Of a DNA stretch of 64,000 bases, positions 1-11,491 are shown piece by piece. Each line of letters starts with the position of its first letter. Within the stretch, counting starts at the first letter, position 1. Position numbers and translations under genes: made by a program. Source of the DNA: Candidatus Xenobia bacterium (GTDB lineage Bacteria > Vulcanimicrobiota > Xenobia > Xenobiales > QWHO01); the NCBI GenBank assembly GCA_045863235.1, contig BTUM01000026.1:1-64000 (forward strand), read 5' to 3'. Under the pieces are notes generated by a model that was given only the letters and a program-made list of their open reading frames with translations, searched no databases and was not told the DNA's origin.

Positions 1-265
1 ACGACCTCATCGCCGCCGACGAGGCCAGCAAAGCGGCTGGTCCGCCCGCGGAGCCCGCGGCCCTGCCCGACTGGGAGCTGGCCGCTCACGACCTCATCGC
101 CGCCGACGAGGCCAGCAAAGCGGCTGGTCCGCCCGCGGAGCCTTTCACCCTGCCCGACTGGGAGCTGGCCGCTCACGATGCCATCGCGGCCGCTGAAGCC
201 GCCAAGAGCGATGGGATCGTCGACCTGCCTGCCGGGATGGAGGCCTGGGAGCTCGAGGCCCACGA
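1..265 (+). repeat. 87-bp (29-codon) coding tandem repeat
   Basis: acgacctcatcgccgccgacgaggccagcaaagcggctggtccgcccgcggagcc starts at 1 and again at 88; a degenerate third unit follows (WELAAHD, WELAAHD, WELEAHD). Confidence 0.9.
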
Positions 266-1022
266 CCGGATCGCCGAAGAGACCAGCCAGGGAGGTGCCT
301 TCGTGGAGGCCTACGCGCGCAGCGTGGGCTTCGGATCCTCGGGAGGAAGCTCCTCGAACTGGGGCCAGGCGGTGGCTGCGGCCGATGTGGGGAAGCAGGG
401 CGCAAACGCCTCTCTGGCCGCCTTCGACTTCTCCAAGTCGACCAGCAATGCGCCTCGCGTGGCGATGGGATCGGCCGGGGGTTGGGGGGCCTTGAGCTAC
501 CTGGCCGGCCAGGATCTGGCCAGCCCCTCCGACCCGGGCGAAGCCGGCGTGGCCACCCTGGAAGCGATTTCGGCGGCGGGAGACGCTCAGGACCTGGCCC
601 GAGCTCTGCGACCGGGACTCTCCGAGGTTCCTCAGCTGGCAAAGGCCAGCGGGGTGGCCAGCGGAGGGCTGGCCCTGCTCGAAGGTGCCAACCAGTTGCG
701 GCTGGCTGACGGCGACCGCGAGCAACAGGCTCTGGGCGGCCTGAAAATGGCTTCAGGCGTGTTGATGATGATGGCCCCCATCCCCGTGATCGGCCAGGGG
801 GCTTTCATCGCCGGCTCGGGTCTCTACACCGGGGTGATGCTCTACGAAAATCGAGAGACCATCCAGGCGGCGGCCAATGGTGTGCCCGACTGGGCCTACG
901 CTGTCGGCATGTCGATGCCGGGCCTGAATGTCGTGGCCATGGCCGGTCTGGGCATCAAGCACGCCGACGACCTGGGCGGAGCCGTCAAGAGCGGCGCCGG
1001 CAAGCTCAACCCGTTCGACTGA
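3..1022 (+). CDS. 5'-truncated hypothetical protein with 29-aa repeats and a Gly/Ala-rich hydrophobic C-terminal region
   Basis: The frame of ORF 237..1022 is open back to the window edge (DLIAADEASKAAGPPAEPAALPDWELAAH...); C-terminal hydrophobic stretches such as GVLMMMAPIPVIGQGAFIAGSGLYTGVML. Confidence 0.75.
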   Translation, partial: DLIAADEASKAAGPPAEPAALPDWELAAHDLIAADEASKAAGPPAEPFTLPDWELAAHDAIAAAEAAKSDGIVDLPAGMEAWELEAHDRIAEETSQGGAFVEAYARSVGFGSSGGSSSNWGQAVAAADVGKQGANASLAAFDFSKSTSNAPRVAMGSAGGWGALSYLAGQDLASPSDPGEAGVATLEAISAAGDAQDLARALRPGLSEVPQLAKASGVASGGLALLEGANQLRLADGDREQQALGGLKMASGVLMMMAPIPVIGQGAFIAGSGLYTGVMLYENRETIQAAANGVPDWAYAVGMSMPGLNVVAMAGLGIKHADDLGGAVKSGAGKLNPFD

Positions 1023-1392
1023 GCACCACTTTCAGCGCTTTGAGCTCGCGCTCACGCACGTTGACGGCCTGCTCGAACTCGCGCTCCTCCAATCCCTCGG
1101 GCTGAAAGAACGTAGCCACCACCTCGCTGCCGTCGCCGCTGGGCAGCACCCGCATGGCCACGCTCCAGCCCCCCAGCTCATAATCGAACAGCCCCACTTC
1201 GGGCCGGGAAACTACGGCCAGCAGGAGTTCCCCCTCGACTCCCTCCACCACCCAGCCTTCGCCCTGGCGGCGCACCCGGCGGACGGTCAGCACCGCCCAG
1301 CGCGGCCAGCTCTCCACCTCGGCCAGGAAGGACAGGACCTCCTCCGGTGAGCGCTGGATGCTGACCGAGGAGGTGCGCGAGCGGCGGAGCAT
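1006..1392 (-). CDS. SRPBCC/polyketide cyclase-like protein
   Basis: SVSIQRSPEEVLSFLAEVESWPRWA N-terminus and C-terminal helix ELKALKVVL are typical of SRPBCC proteins. Confidence 0.75.
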   Translation of the reverse strand: MLRRSRTSSVSIQRSPEEVLSFLAEVESWPRWAVLTVRRVRRQGEGWVVEGVEGELLLAVVSRPEVGLFDYELGGWSVAMRVLPSGDGSEVVATFFQPEGLEEREFEQAVNVRERELKALKVVLSRTG

Positions 1393-1430
1393 GCCCAGAG
1401 CTTCCTCTGAGAACTCCGCCCCCCTTCAAC

Positions 1431-1670
1431 CTATGCAGGGTCCTCGAGCGGCTCGAGCTGGTGAGGCTTTGAAAGCTCCGGATCGCCCCGCCTCGAGCCT
1501 GACATTCGCTGATTCAGGCACTCCACGAATGCAAGGGTCAGCATCTCCCAACTCGCATGCTCGAGCCAGGAGAGAGTCGCGATGAAGTTCGATGGGGTCA
1601 GCCCGAGGTCGGTGCAGAGCCTCAGCAGACAGGCGGCTGGGGGAGACCTGGCTTCGGGACGATGCGGCAC
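1431..1670 (-). CDS. small hypothetical protein, possibly an XRE-HTH C-terminal fragment
   Basis: AGGAGG 7 nt before the GTG; RSPPAACLLRLCTDLGLTPSNF resembles the last helices of XRE domains. Confidence 0.3.
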   Translation of the reverse strand: MPHRPEARSPPAACLLRLCTDLGLTPSNFIATLSWLEHASWEMLTLAFVECLNQRMSGSRRGDPELSKPHQLEPLEDPA

Positions 1671-1827
1671 TGGTCTCCCTCCTGAGGAGCCGGACCAGGT
1701 CGAGTTCCTGCAGGGTACTCTTAAGGATCTCGATCTGGGTACCCAGAGTTACCTGGATCACATCTCTCCGGTTTCCAGGCTGGTATTGTAGAGGCGAGCG
1801 GGTATTCGTAGAAGGGAGGATGCGCCT

Positions 1828-2253
1828 TTGCGACATCCGCTGCAGCATCGCGGCTACTCGATCATCGAGACCCTTACCGCGGTTGTCATTCTCACCATCG
1901 GGCTGCTCGGCGTACTGGGCGCTCTCACATTCGCACTGCGGGCCACGGCTTGTTCGGGCACCACGACCGACGCCGTCAACCGGGGCCGGGAGATCTTCGA
2001 ACAGGTCCGGCAACAGAACCTGGCCGACCCGTCCCTGGCCGGAATGAACGACGGCGCTTCGGTCCGACGACCCATCAACGACGCCCCGTTCAACACGCTG
2101 TCGGACAATCCGAGCCTGCGTCGCAACATCACCACCACCAACGTGCTGGTGGACAACACCCTGAAGGCGCGTATGGTTCGCGTGCGGGTCTTCTTCTTTG
2201 ATCGCGGGGCGGAAAAGAACGTAGAAATCTGCGGGACGGTGAGACTGCCATGA
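1828..2253 (+). CDS. type IV minor pilin-like protein (PilV-type)
   Basis: Class III signal HRG|YSIIETLTAVVILTIGLLGVLG with Glu at +5. Confidence 0.85.
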   Translation: MRHPLQHRGYSIIETLTAVVILTIGLLGVLGALTFALRATACSGTTTDAVNRGREIFEQVRQQNLADPSLAGMNDGASVRRPINDAPFNTLSDNPSLRRNITTTNVLVDNTLKARMVRVRVFFFDRGAEKNVEICGTVRLP

Positions 2254-2915
2254 AACACCGCGCCTTTACCCTCATCGAGTTGCTCGTGACCATGGGTTTG
2301 ATGATCGTCATCATGACGAGTCTGGCGGGGATGTATAACTCGGCTCGAAGCTCGCTCCAGTACGGCGCCAATCGCCTGGACATCCAGGGCGCGAGCCGGG
2401 AGACGATCGCCCGTATCGCCCTCCTGGCGGTGACCGCCGGGCCCAGCAGCGGGAAGATTCAGACCACTCCCCTCACCCAGGGCGCGCTGGTGTCTCCCGT
2501 GGCCGCCGGCACACCTCAAAGCTTCCTGACCTTCTACACTCCGGACGACTTCCTGGCCCCGGAGCTGAGTGTCCCTCCCAACACCAACCGCGCCAAATAC
2601 TGGGATCCCACGCAGACGTCCCGACTGCCTGTGTTTCTCTACCGGATCCGCCACGACGCGCCCACCCGCCTGCTGCTACTCGAGAAGCTCGACCCCGCCA
2701 GTGGTTCGGTCCTCGCCTCTCGCGTTCTGGCGGGCAAGTCCGGCTCGGGGTCCAACGCGCCCCGCCTGACGAACGTAACTTTCACGCGCCTCGAGAATGC
2801 TTCCGTGCGGGTCCAGATCCGCATGCAAGCCACCGTCCGCGGAGATGACGGCCGGCCCCGCGACGTGAACCACACTCTCGAGTCGGCGCTTCTCTTCCCT
2901 GCCCTGAAATACTAG
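2250..2915 (+). CDS. type IV minor pilin-like protein (PilW/GspJ-type)
   Basis: KHRA|FTLIELLVTMGLMIVIM; ATGA overlap with the previous gene. Confidence 0.85.
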   Translation: MKHRAFTLIELLVTMGLMIVIMTSLAGMYNSARSSLQYGANRLDIQGASRETIARIALLAVTAGPSSGKIQTTPLTQGALVSPVAAGTPQSFLTFYTPDDFLAPELSVPPNTNRAKYWDPTQTSRLPVFLYRIRHDAPTRLLLLEKLDPASGSVLASRVLAGKSGSGSNAPRLTNVTFTRLENASVRVQIRMQATVRGDDGRPRDVNHTLESALLFPALKY

Positions 2916-2928
2916 ACCGGAGGCTTCC

Positions 2929-4848
2929 ATGCGCTCAAACCGCCGACGCGGCTCCATCCTGATGCTCTCGATCTTCTTTCTGATGGTTCTCTTTCTAATG
3001 TCCCTGGCGTTCTTCAAGCTCCTGCCGGCCGAATACCAGTCGGCCCGCCGGATGAGCTACGAGCTCAACGGCTACTATGCAGCCAGCGCCGGACTGGACT
3101 GGACGCTGGCATACGTGGAGAACCGGCTGGCCAGAGCCACCTTGCAGCCCACACTGCCCACGAGCACGGGCCAGTCCTTCAACATCCCCCTCACCAGCTT
3201 GCCTACGGGGTGGAGCTACCGCGGCACGGCCACGCTGATCGATCCCAATCTCAACCGCTACCGGGTGGTGTGCGACGGGCTCGACAGCCGGGGCCGACCC
3301 CTCCGCCGAATCAACGCCGTCATTCAGCAGAGCAGCGAGTTTGCGCTCTTTACTCCCGACACACTGGTGGCCAACCTGGACAACGTGGTCATCGGGCCCG
3401 CCTATGGCCGGGAAGTCAGCCTCTGGGCCGTGGACGACCGCTGGAGCGAGGACTTCATCACCTTCCGTGACGGGCTGATGATCGGCAACCAGAAGGACCG
3501 GGTGGGAGCAAACTCCACCACCGGCGCCAATATCGACTGGAAAGGCAACGCCGGGGCGGCCGACAACACCGACAAGTGGAACAAGGTGGCGCAGGGAGGT
3601 CAGGGCGGTGTCCAATACGGCTACGGCGTGGGCACCTACTCGGTGCCGGTGGCCACGGCCGACCCCAACCGCAAGAGCAATGGCAACACTCCCCTCAACC
3701 TGTGGGACCCGACCGGGGGCCAGGCTACCGGCACACGCCAGATCGCGGCAGAGAAGGCTTGGGGTGGAGCGGTCAACGTGCCCAAGGCCAACGGCAAGCC
3801 CATTGCGGGCATCTATATCCCCAATACCGGCGGGACCGCGCCGGAGGCAACGGCCGGGATTTACATCCAGTCCTCCACCGGCAAGCCGCGCAAGAACCCG
3901 GACGGGACCACGGTGGTGGACGCGGAAGGCAATCCCATCTTCGTAGCCGTCAGCCAGATTTTGCTGGACGGCCAGGTAGATACCGACCCCGCCAGTCCGA
4001 CTTACATGGACCCCATCAGGTCCAGCATGGACATCACCCTGCCGGACGTCACCGGCAGCGACACCTACTACAAGATCGTGGTGGACTACACAGCCAACGG
4101 CGGCCAGGGCTCCACCGTGATGTACCAGAACAAGATCTCCGGCACCAAGATCGACCTCAACAACGCCGCGACCTACACCATCGCCAAGGACCCCAAGACC
4201 AACACCCTTTACAGCTTCAAGGGGAAGGTGAACGACCTGGTTTTCGTGGCCGACGGCGAGGTAGGCGAGACCTCCGGCTCCACCGTGGTCACGCGGGGCG
4301 TGTCGGGGATGAACGTGGGCCACCGGACCATCGCGGCCGACAGGCGCATCCTGGTGGGCACGGCCGACGAAACCACCGTGGGCCACGGCTCGCTGACCCG
4401 GCCGGATGTCCAGGCGGCAACCCGACCCGACCCGGCCGAGCGAGACAACCCCGACTACCTGGCCTACCTTCAGAGCCTCACGCCGTTCACCAACAAGCAC
4501 GGACTGATCCTGGCCACGCCCGAGGAGATCGCTGTGCGTGCCAATTACCCCAGCTACAATGTGCTCAACTTCTATGGAGCCTTCGTGAGCGGCGACAAGC
4601 TCCGCATCTCTCGCGAGCAGGGCGTGACCGGTGAAGTGGAGCTGAATTTCATCGGGATGCTGGCTCAGAACGAGCCCATCGACAAGGACCAGTTCGTGAA
4701 CGCAAACTCGGGCGGCGGCAACGACGACCTGGGCAATTTCGTGACCGACCCCAGCCTGAACCAGCACCCCTCCAAGTTCCTCAAGACTCTGGGCCCCCCC
4801 AAGATGAGCATCCTCACCTTCTCCGAGGAGGTCACCTCGCAGTATTAG
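2929..4848 (+). CDS. PilX/GspK-like large minor pilin with extended beta-rich C-terminal domain
   Basis: RRRG|SILMLSIFFLMVLFLMSLAFF (no Glu5) followed by YYAASAGLDW, the PilX N-terminal pattern; GGAGG RBS. Confidence 0.8.
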   Translation: MRSNRRRGSILMLSIFFLMVLFLMSLAFFKLLPAEYQSARRMSYELNGYYAASAGLDWTLAYVENRLARATLQPTLPTSTGQSFNIPLTSLPTGWSYRGTATLIDPNLNRYRVVCDGLDSRGRPLRRINAVIQQSSEFALFTPDTLVANLDNVVIGPAYGREVSLWAVDDRWSEDFITFRDGLMIGNQKDRVGANSTTGANIDWKGNAGAADNTDKWNKVAQGGQGGVQYGYGVGTYSVPVATADPNRKSNGNTPLNLWDPTGGQATGTRQIAAEKAWGGAVNVPKANGKPIAGIYIPNTGGTAPEATAGIYIQSSTGKPRKNPDGTTVVDAEGNPIFVAVSQILLDGQVDTDPASPTYMDPIRSSMDITLPDVTGSDTYYKIVVDYTANGGQGSTVMYQNKISGTKIDLNNAATYTIAKDPKTNTLYSFKGKVNDLVFVADGEVGETSGSTVVTRGVSGMNVGHRTIAADRRILVGTADETTVGHGSLTRPDVQAATRPDPAERDNPDYLAYLQSLTPFTNKHGLILATPEEIAVRANYPSYNVLNFYGAFVSGDKLRISREQGVTGEVELNFIGMLAQNEPIDKDQFVNANSGGGNDDLGNFVTDPSLNQHPSKFLKTLGPPKMSILTFSEEVTSQY

Positions 4849-5042
4849 AACCGGGTCTCGATCTGGCCGAGAGGATAGCGTTGTCGGGCCTGGCCCAGAT
4901 CAAGCCCTCAACCTCGCGGCTCTCGAGCACGCCCTACCTGGCCGAGTCTCCGGCCGGCATGGCGCTGTCGCGGCCGCACAGCGCAAGGAGACCGGTCGTA
5001 CAGCACCCTCTGCAGGCTACGGCCCCGGAGGGCTGCTGTCAA

Positions 5043-6050
5043 CTAAGGAGAACCAGCCTGACCCTGCGGAAGAATGCGGCCGTCCACCCAGGTGACGCCC
5101 GACATGTCTGCCTGGCCGAAGTTGTTGCCGGACAGCGTCGCGCCGAGGAACGTCGAGACCGCGAACGTGCTGGCGGTCATGTCGTTGTTGGTGAGGGTGG
5201 AGCGGCTGAAATTGGCTCCGACCGCCATGGCTCCCGCAAAGCTCGACCCGATGATCTGAGCGCCCTGGAAATTGCATCCGCCCAGGGACGCACCGTTGAA
5301 CCCGACGTTGTTGAAAGTGCTCGAGGAGAGGTCCGCTCCGGTTAGATCGGAGGCGAAGGTCGTGCCCTGGCCCGCGGCCTGCTGCATGGTCGAGTTTTGC
5401 AGCGCGCACTCAAAGAACAAAACGCCGTCCAGCGTGGTAGAGCTCATATTGGCGCCCGCAAAGATGCATTGCGTAAACTGCGAGCCGGTCAGGTTGGCGC
5501 CGGTCAGGTTGGCGCCGCTGAAGTTGGTCCGGAAGAGCTCCTGACCGGTGAGATTGACGCCCGCGAGGTTGGCCCCGACGGGGTTGTAGGACCCCTGCAG
5601 GGTGGCGCTGCCCCGACCTTGCGCTTCGAAGCCAAAGTGCAGAAAGTGGAACTGTCCGGTGCCGGGAAGCTCCAGGGTGTATTCGCCGGCGGGAAGCTCG
5701 CGAGATCCGTCCACGACCTGGCCGGCGGAGTCCAGAATGACGGCTCCGTCAGTGCCTTCGCCGCTGACGGTGAGGACGGCGTCCCCCGGGAGATGCAGCG
5801 GAACGTGGTCGAATCCGTGGCCTCCCAGATCGTTCTGGTGGGGATCCTCGTCCGGAGTCTCGAGGTAGAGAACCGCCGTCTCTCCCGGTCCCAGGCGTTT
5901 CGAGCCCAACTCGTGCTCCGCAAATCCAAGCTGCTGGGGCTGCTCCTCCACGGTAGGTACAACAGGGAGGCTGGCGGTCGTGCTTCCGTCGCTTCCGGAG
6001 CAACCGCTAAGAACCAGGACTGCGGCCATCAGAAGCTTCAGAGTCCTCAT
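5043..6050 (-). CDS. pentapeptide-repeat lipoprotein
   Basis: Lipobox LVLSGC after MRTLKLLMAAV; many A(N/D)L/FxG pentapeptides in the C-terminal half. Confidence 0.85.
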   Translation of the reverse strand: MRTLKLLMAAVLVLSGCSGSDGSTTASLPVVPTVEEQPQQLGFAEHELGSKRLGPGETAVLYLETPDEDPHQNDLGGHGFDHVPLHLPGDAVLTVSGEGTDGAVILDSAGQVVDGSRELPAGEYTLELPGTGQFHFLHFGFEAQGRGSATLQGSYNPVGANLAGVNLTGQELFRTNFSGANLTGANLTGSQFTQCIFAGANMSSTTLDGVLFFECALQNSTMQQAAGQGTTFASDLTGADLSSSTFNNVGFNGASLGGCNFQGAQIIGSSFAGAMAVGANFSRSTLTNNDMTASTFAVSTFLGATLSGNNFGQADMSGVTWVDGRILPQGQAGSP

Positions 6051-6386
6051 GCGCGGAAGACTGCCCCAGTTCGCCAATCGGTTCCTGGTCCCTGTGTCAA
6101 CAGGGTCTCTTCGGGGAGACAGGTGAGCGATTCTCTGAAGGGGACGTCCAGTTGGGGAGGGCCCGTCTCGACAACGACATGGAAACGCTGGGCGCGGTCA
6201 CTACCGCCCTCAAGCGCGGCACTCTGTGCTATCCGGTGGAGGGACACCCTGATGGTCAACCCGGGCAGACGGTAGCAGGCTCTTCAAGGCAGGCGCTCTT
6301 GGGCCGCAGAAATCTAAGGTCCTCGACGACGCTGGCCTCCACTTGCTGAAGCGGGAGATGATGCGCTGAGCGAGAAGACCCCGTAG

Positions 6387-6962
6387 ATGCTTGAGTTGAT
6401 CCCAGAGCAGCGTATCCTGCTACCGACTTGCAGTTGGGAAACTTATGACCGCCTTCTGTCCGATCACCGTGATCAAAGCGGGCCCCGTTTTACCTACGAC
6501 CGAGGAAGACTGGAGATCATGAGTCCGTCACCCGCCCATGAGCGCGCCAGCGAGTTCGTGCGCTTGCTGATCTTTACCGCTGCCGAAGAGCTCGGGCTGG
6601 AGGCATTCGGTTTGGGATCTTCCACCCAACGGAGCGCCGATTTAGAGCGCGGTGTAGAGCCAGACTCGAGCTTCTCCTTCAGCGGCTCAGAGCACCCGGA
6701 CCTGGTGGTCGAAATCGAGGTCAGCCGCTCCAGCCTGGACAAGCTCCCGATCTTTGCGGCACTGGGGATCGCAGAAGTTTGGCGTTATGATCTCGACCGG
6801 TTGACTATTTACCGGCTCGAAGGCTCGGAGTATCGGACGGTCGAGCGGAGCTCCTATCTGCCCCTGACCGCCAGCGAGATCACCGAGCAGCTCTCGAAGA
6901 CAGGCGACCGCTCCCACGTTGCGTGGCTACGGGAGTTGCGCTCCTGGTTGAAGTCCCGCTGA
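6387..6962 (+). CDS. Uma2/DUF820 family endonuclease-like protein
   Basis: SWETY, YDRGRLEIMSPSPAHE, EPDSSF, PDLVVEIEVS, LGIAEVWRYD motifs. Confidence 0.9.
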   Translation: MLELIPEQRILLPTCSWETYDRLLSDHRDQSGPRFTYDRGRLEIMSPSPAHERASEFVRLLIFTAAEELGLEAFGLGSSTQRSADLERGVEPDSSFSFSGSEHPDLVVEIEVSRSSLDKLPIFAALGIAEVWRYDLDRLTIYRLEGSEYRTVERSSYLPLTASEITEQLSKTGDRSHVAWLRELRSWLKSR

Positions 6963-7032
6963 AGCCGCCTTCACAACACTTCTCCGTTCTGGCAGCAGGC
7001 ACCGACCCGTCGAGCGGCAAAGCACCCCTGGC

Positions 7033-7416
7033 ATGAGACCCCTGCTGTTTCTGCTCGCTTTCCTCACTCTTGCGGCCGCGGACCCCGCGGTGGCCCTGAT
7101 TCAGAAGTATGGTTGGTCGGTCGAGGGCCAGCCCACCGTGACCGTGATGGACGTGCCCGAATCGCTGACCGGCCTTCCCTTCAACCACTATCAGTCCGCC
7201 AGCGAGAGCATCGGACTCGACCTGACCCCCGCTCAGGGCATGAGGCTCTCGCTCCAGCGCTATACGCTGACGAAACGCACCAAATCTGGGGCTCACCTCT
7301 TCGCGCACGTGGCTCTGCTGGAGGGACGCATTGTCGGTGCCTGGCTGTCGACGAACGCGCCCGTCGCGCCGGGCATCTCCCCCCTGAGCGATCGGAAGAT
7401 GGGGTCCAACTGGTAG
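7033..7416 (+). CDS. exported hypothetical protein (DUF4830-like)
   Basis: Signal peptide; IQKYGW...YQSASESIGLDLTPAQG...RYTL...GRIVGAWL pattern. Confidence 0.55.
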   Translation: MRPLLFLLAFLTLAAADPAVALIQKYGWSVEGQPTVTVMDVPESLTGLPFNHYQSASESIGLDLTPAQGMRLSLQRYTLTKRTKSGAHLFAHVALLEGRIVGAWLSTNAPVAPGISPLSDRKMGSNW

Positions 7417-7418
7417 CC

Positions 7419-8147
7419 ATGGGCGGACTCTTCAAGAAGAAGGACCCGCCGCCGGATGACGAGGATCCGGTCTGGAGAGCTACCTACGACGCCCGGGAGA
7501 AGCTGTACGAGCGCCACTTCGGCCCCTTCCCGCAGGACGTTCAGAAACTGCGCAACCTGATGGACGTCTGGCCGGGCGGGTGTTTGATCCAGTTCCCCGC
7601 GACCAAGCTGGGCTCCCTGTGGGTGCACTCGTCTTTCGGGCTGAGCAACTCGGACATGCCCAACAGCGTGACTCTCGAGAGCTATAAGAAGGACGAAGCC
7701 AGAGGCACCTCTGAGGCCACCCTGGTGGCGCGCACGCCGCGTCCGGTGCCGGCGGGCCTGGCCGGCTTTGGCTATGAAATCCTCGTTGTGACCGAGGGGC
7801 CGGGCCAGTGGCCGCTCAGGTTCCTGAACTGGGTGGTCCAGCGCGAGATTCTGAAGGACCTGGATGTCCTCGGGTGCGTCAACAAGAACGAAGGGTTGCT
7901 GATCGAGGATATCGCCCTGGGGGACGGCCAGTCGTCCCACTTCTTCGTGAGCCGGGCCCGGGAGCCGCTTCCCGCCATTTTGCAGCTCCCGGCTGGCAAT
8001 TGTCACCTGCTCGTGGCCTCGGCGGTGACCCGGGAGGAAGTGGACTTCACGCTCCTCGAGGGAAGCGGCGCCCCGTTGCTGGAAAAGCTGATGGCCTCGG
8101 AAATCGGCCAGAAGAGTCGGCTGAATCGCCCCTCCATCCCGCTCTAA
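7419..8147 (+). CDS. Suppressor-of-fused (SUFU) domain protein
   Basis: YERHFG, WVHSSFGLSN, GFGYEILV, WPLRFLNWV, VTREEVDF motifs; ATG 2 nt after the previous stop. Confidence 0.75.
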   Translation: MGGLFKKKDPPPDDEDPVWRATYDAREKLYERHFGPFPQDVQKLRNLMDVWPGGCLIQFPATKLGSLWVHSSFGLSNSDMPNSVTLESYKKDEARGTSEATLVARTPRPVPAGLAGFGYEILVVTEGPGQWPLRFLNWVVQREILKDLDVLGCVNKNEGLLIEDIALGDGQSSHFFVSRAREPLPAILQLPAGNCHLLVASAVTREEVDFTLLEGSGAPLLEKLMASEIGQKSRLNRPSIPL

Positions 8148-8333
8148 GAGTCGTTGCTCTCCGCACGGGCGAGGGAACGCTGTCCCCGCTAGACTGGGAC
8201 AACACTGACCGAGAGCGGCCTCGAGTGGGAGAGTGGCTGAAGCAGCATCTGACAGGCCTGGTCGAGCATCGCGCCTCACTGTCAGCGCCGTTCAGCTTCA
8301 TTCCTCAACTCCGGCGGACGATTTCCTACTGCC

Positions 8334-11485
<3,152 letters not shown>

Positions 11486-11491
11486 AGCCAG

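Noticed and set aside
1..265. Repeats at the window start as a CRISPR array
   Set aside because: The period is 87 bp (in-frame), there are no unique spacers, it encodes a continuous ORF, and no cas genes are present.
1431..1765. Frameshifted XRE regulator joining MIQVTLGTQIEIL... to RSPPAACLLRL...
   Set aside because: The resemblance is weak, no clear slippage site exists, and the downstream part has its own RBS; kept only as a low-confidence CDS.
6051..6386. Short ORFs in the gaps at 6051-6386, 4849-5042 and 8148-8333
   Set aside because: No start signals, atypical codon use and no recognisable domains.
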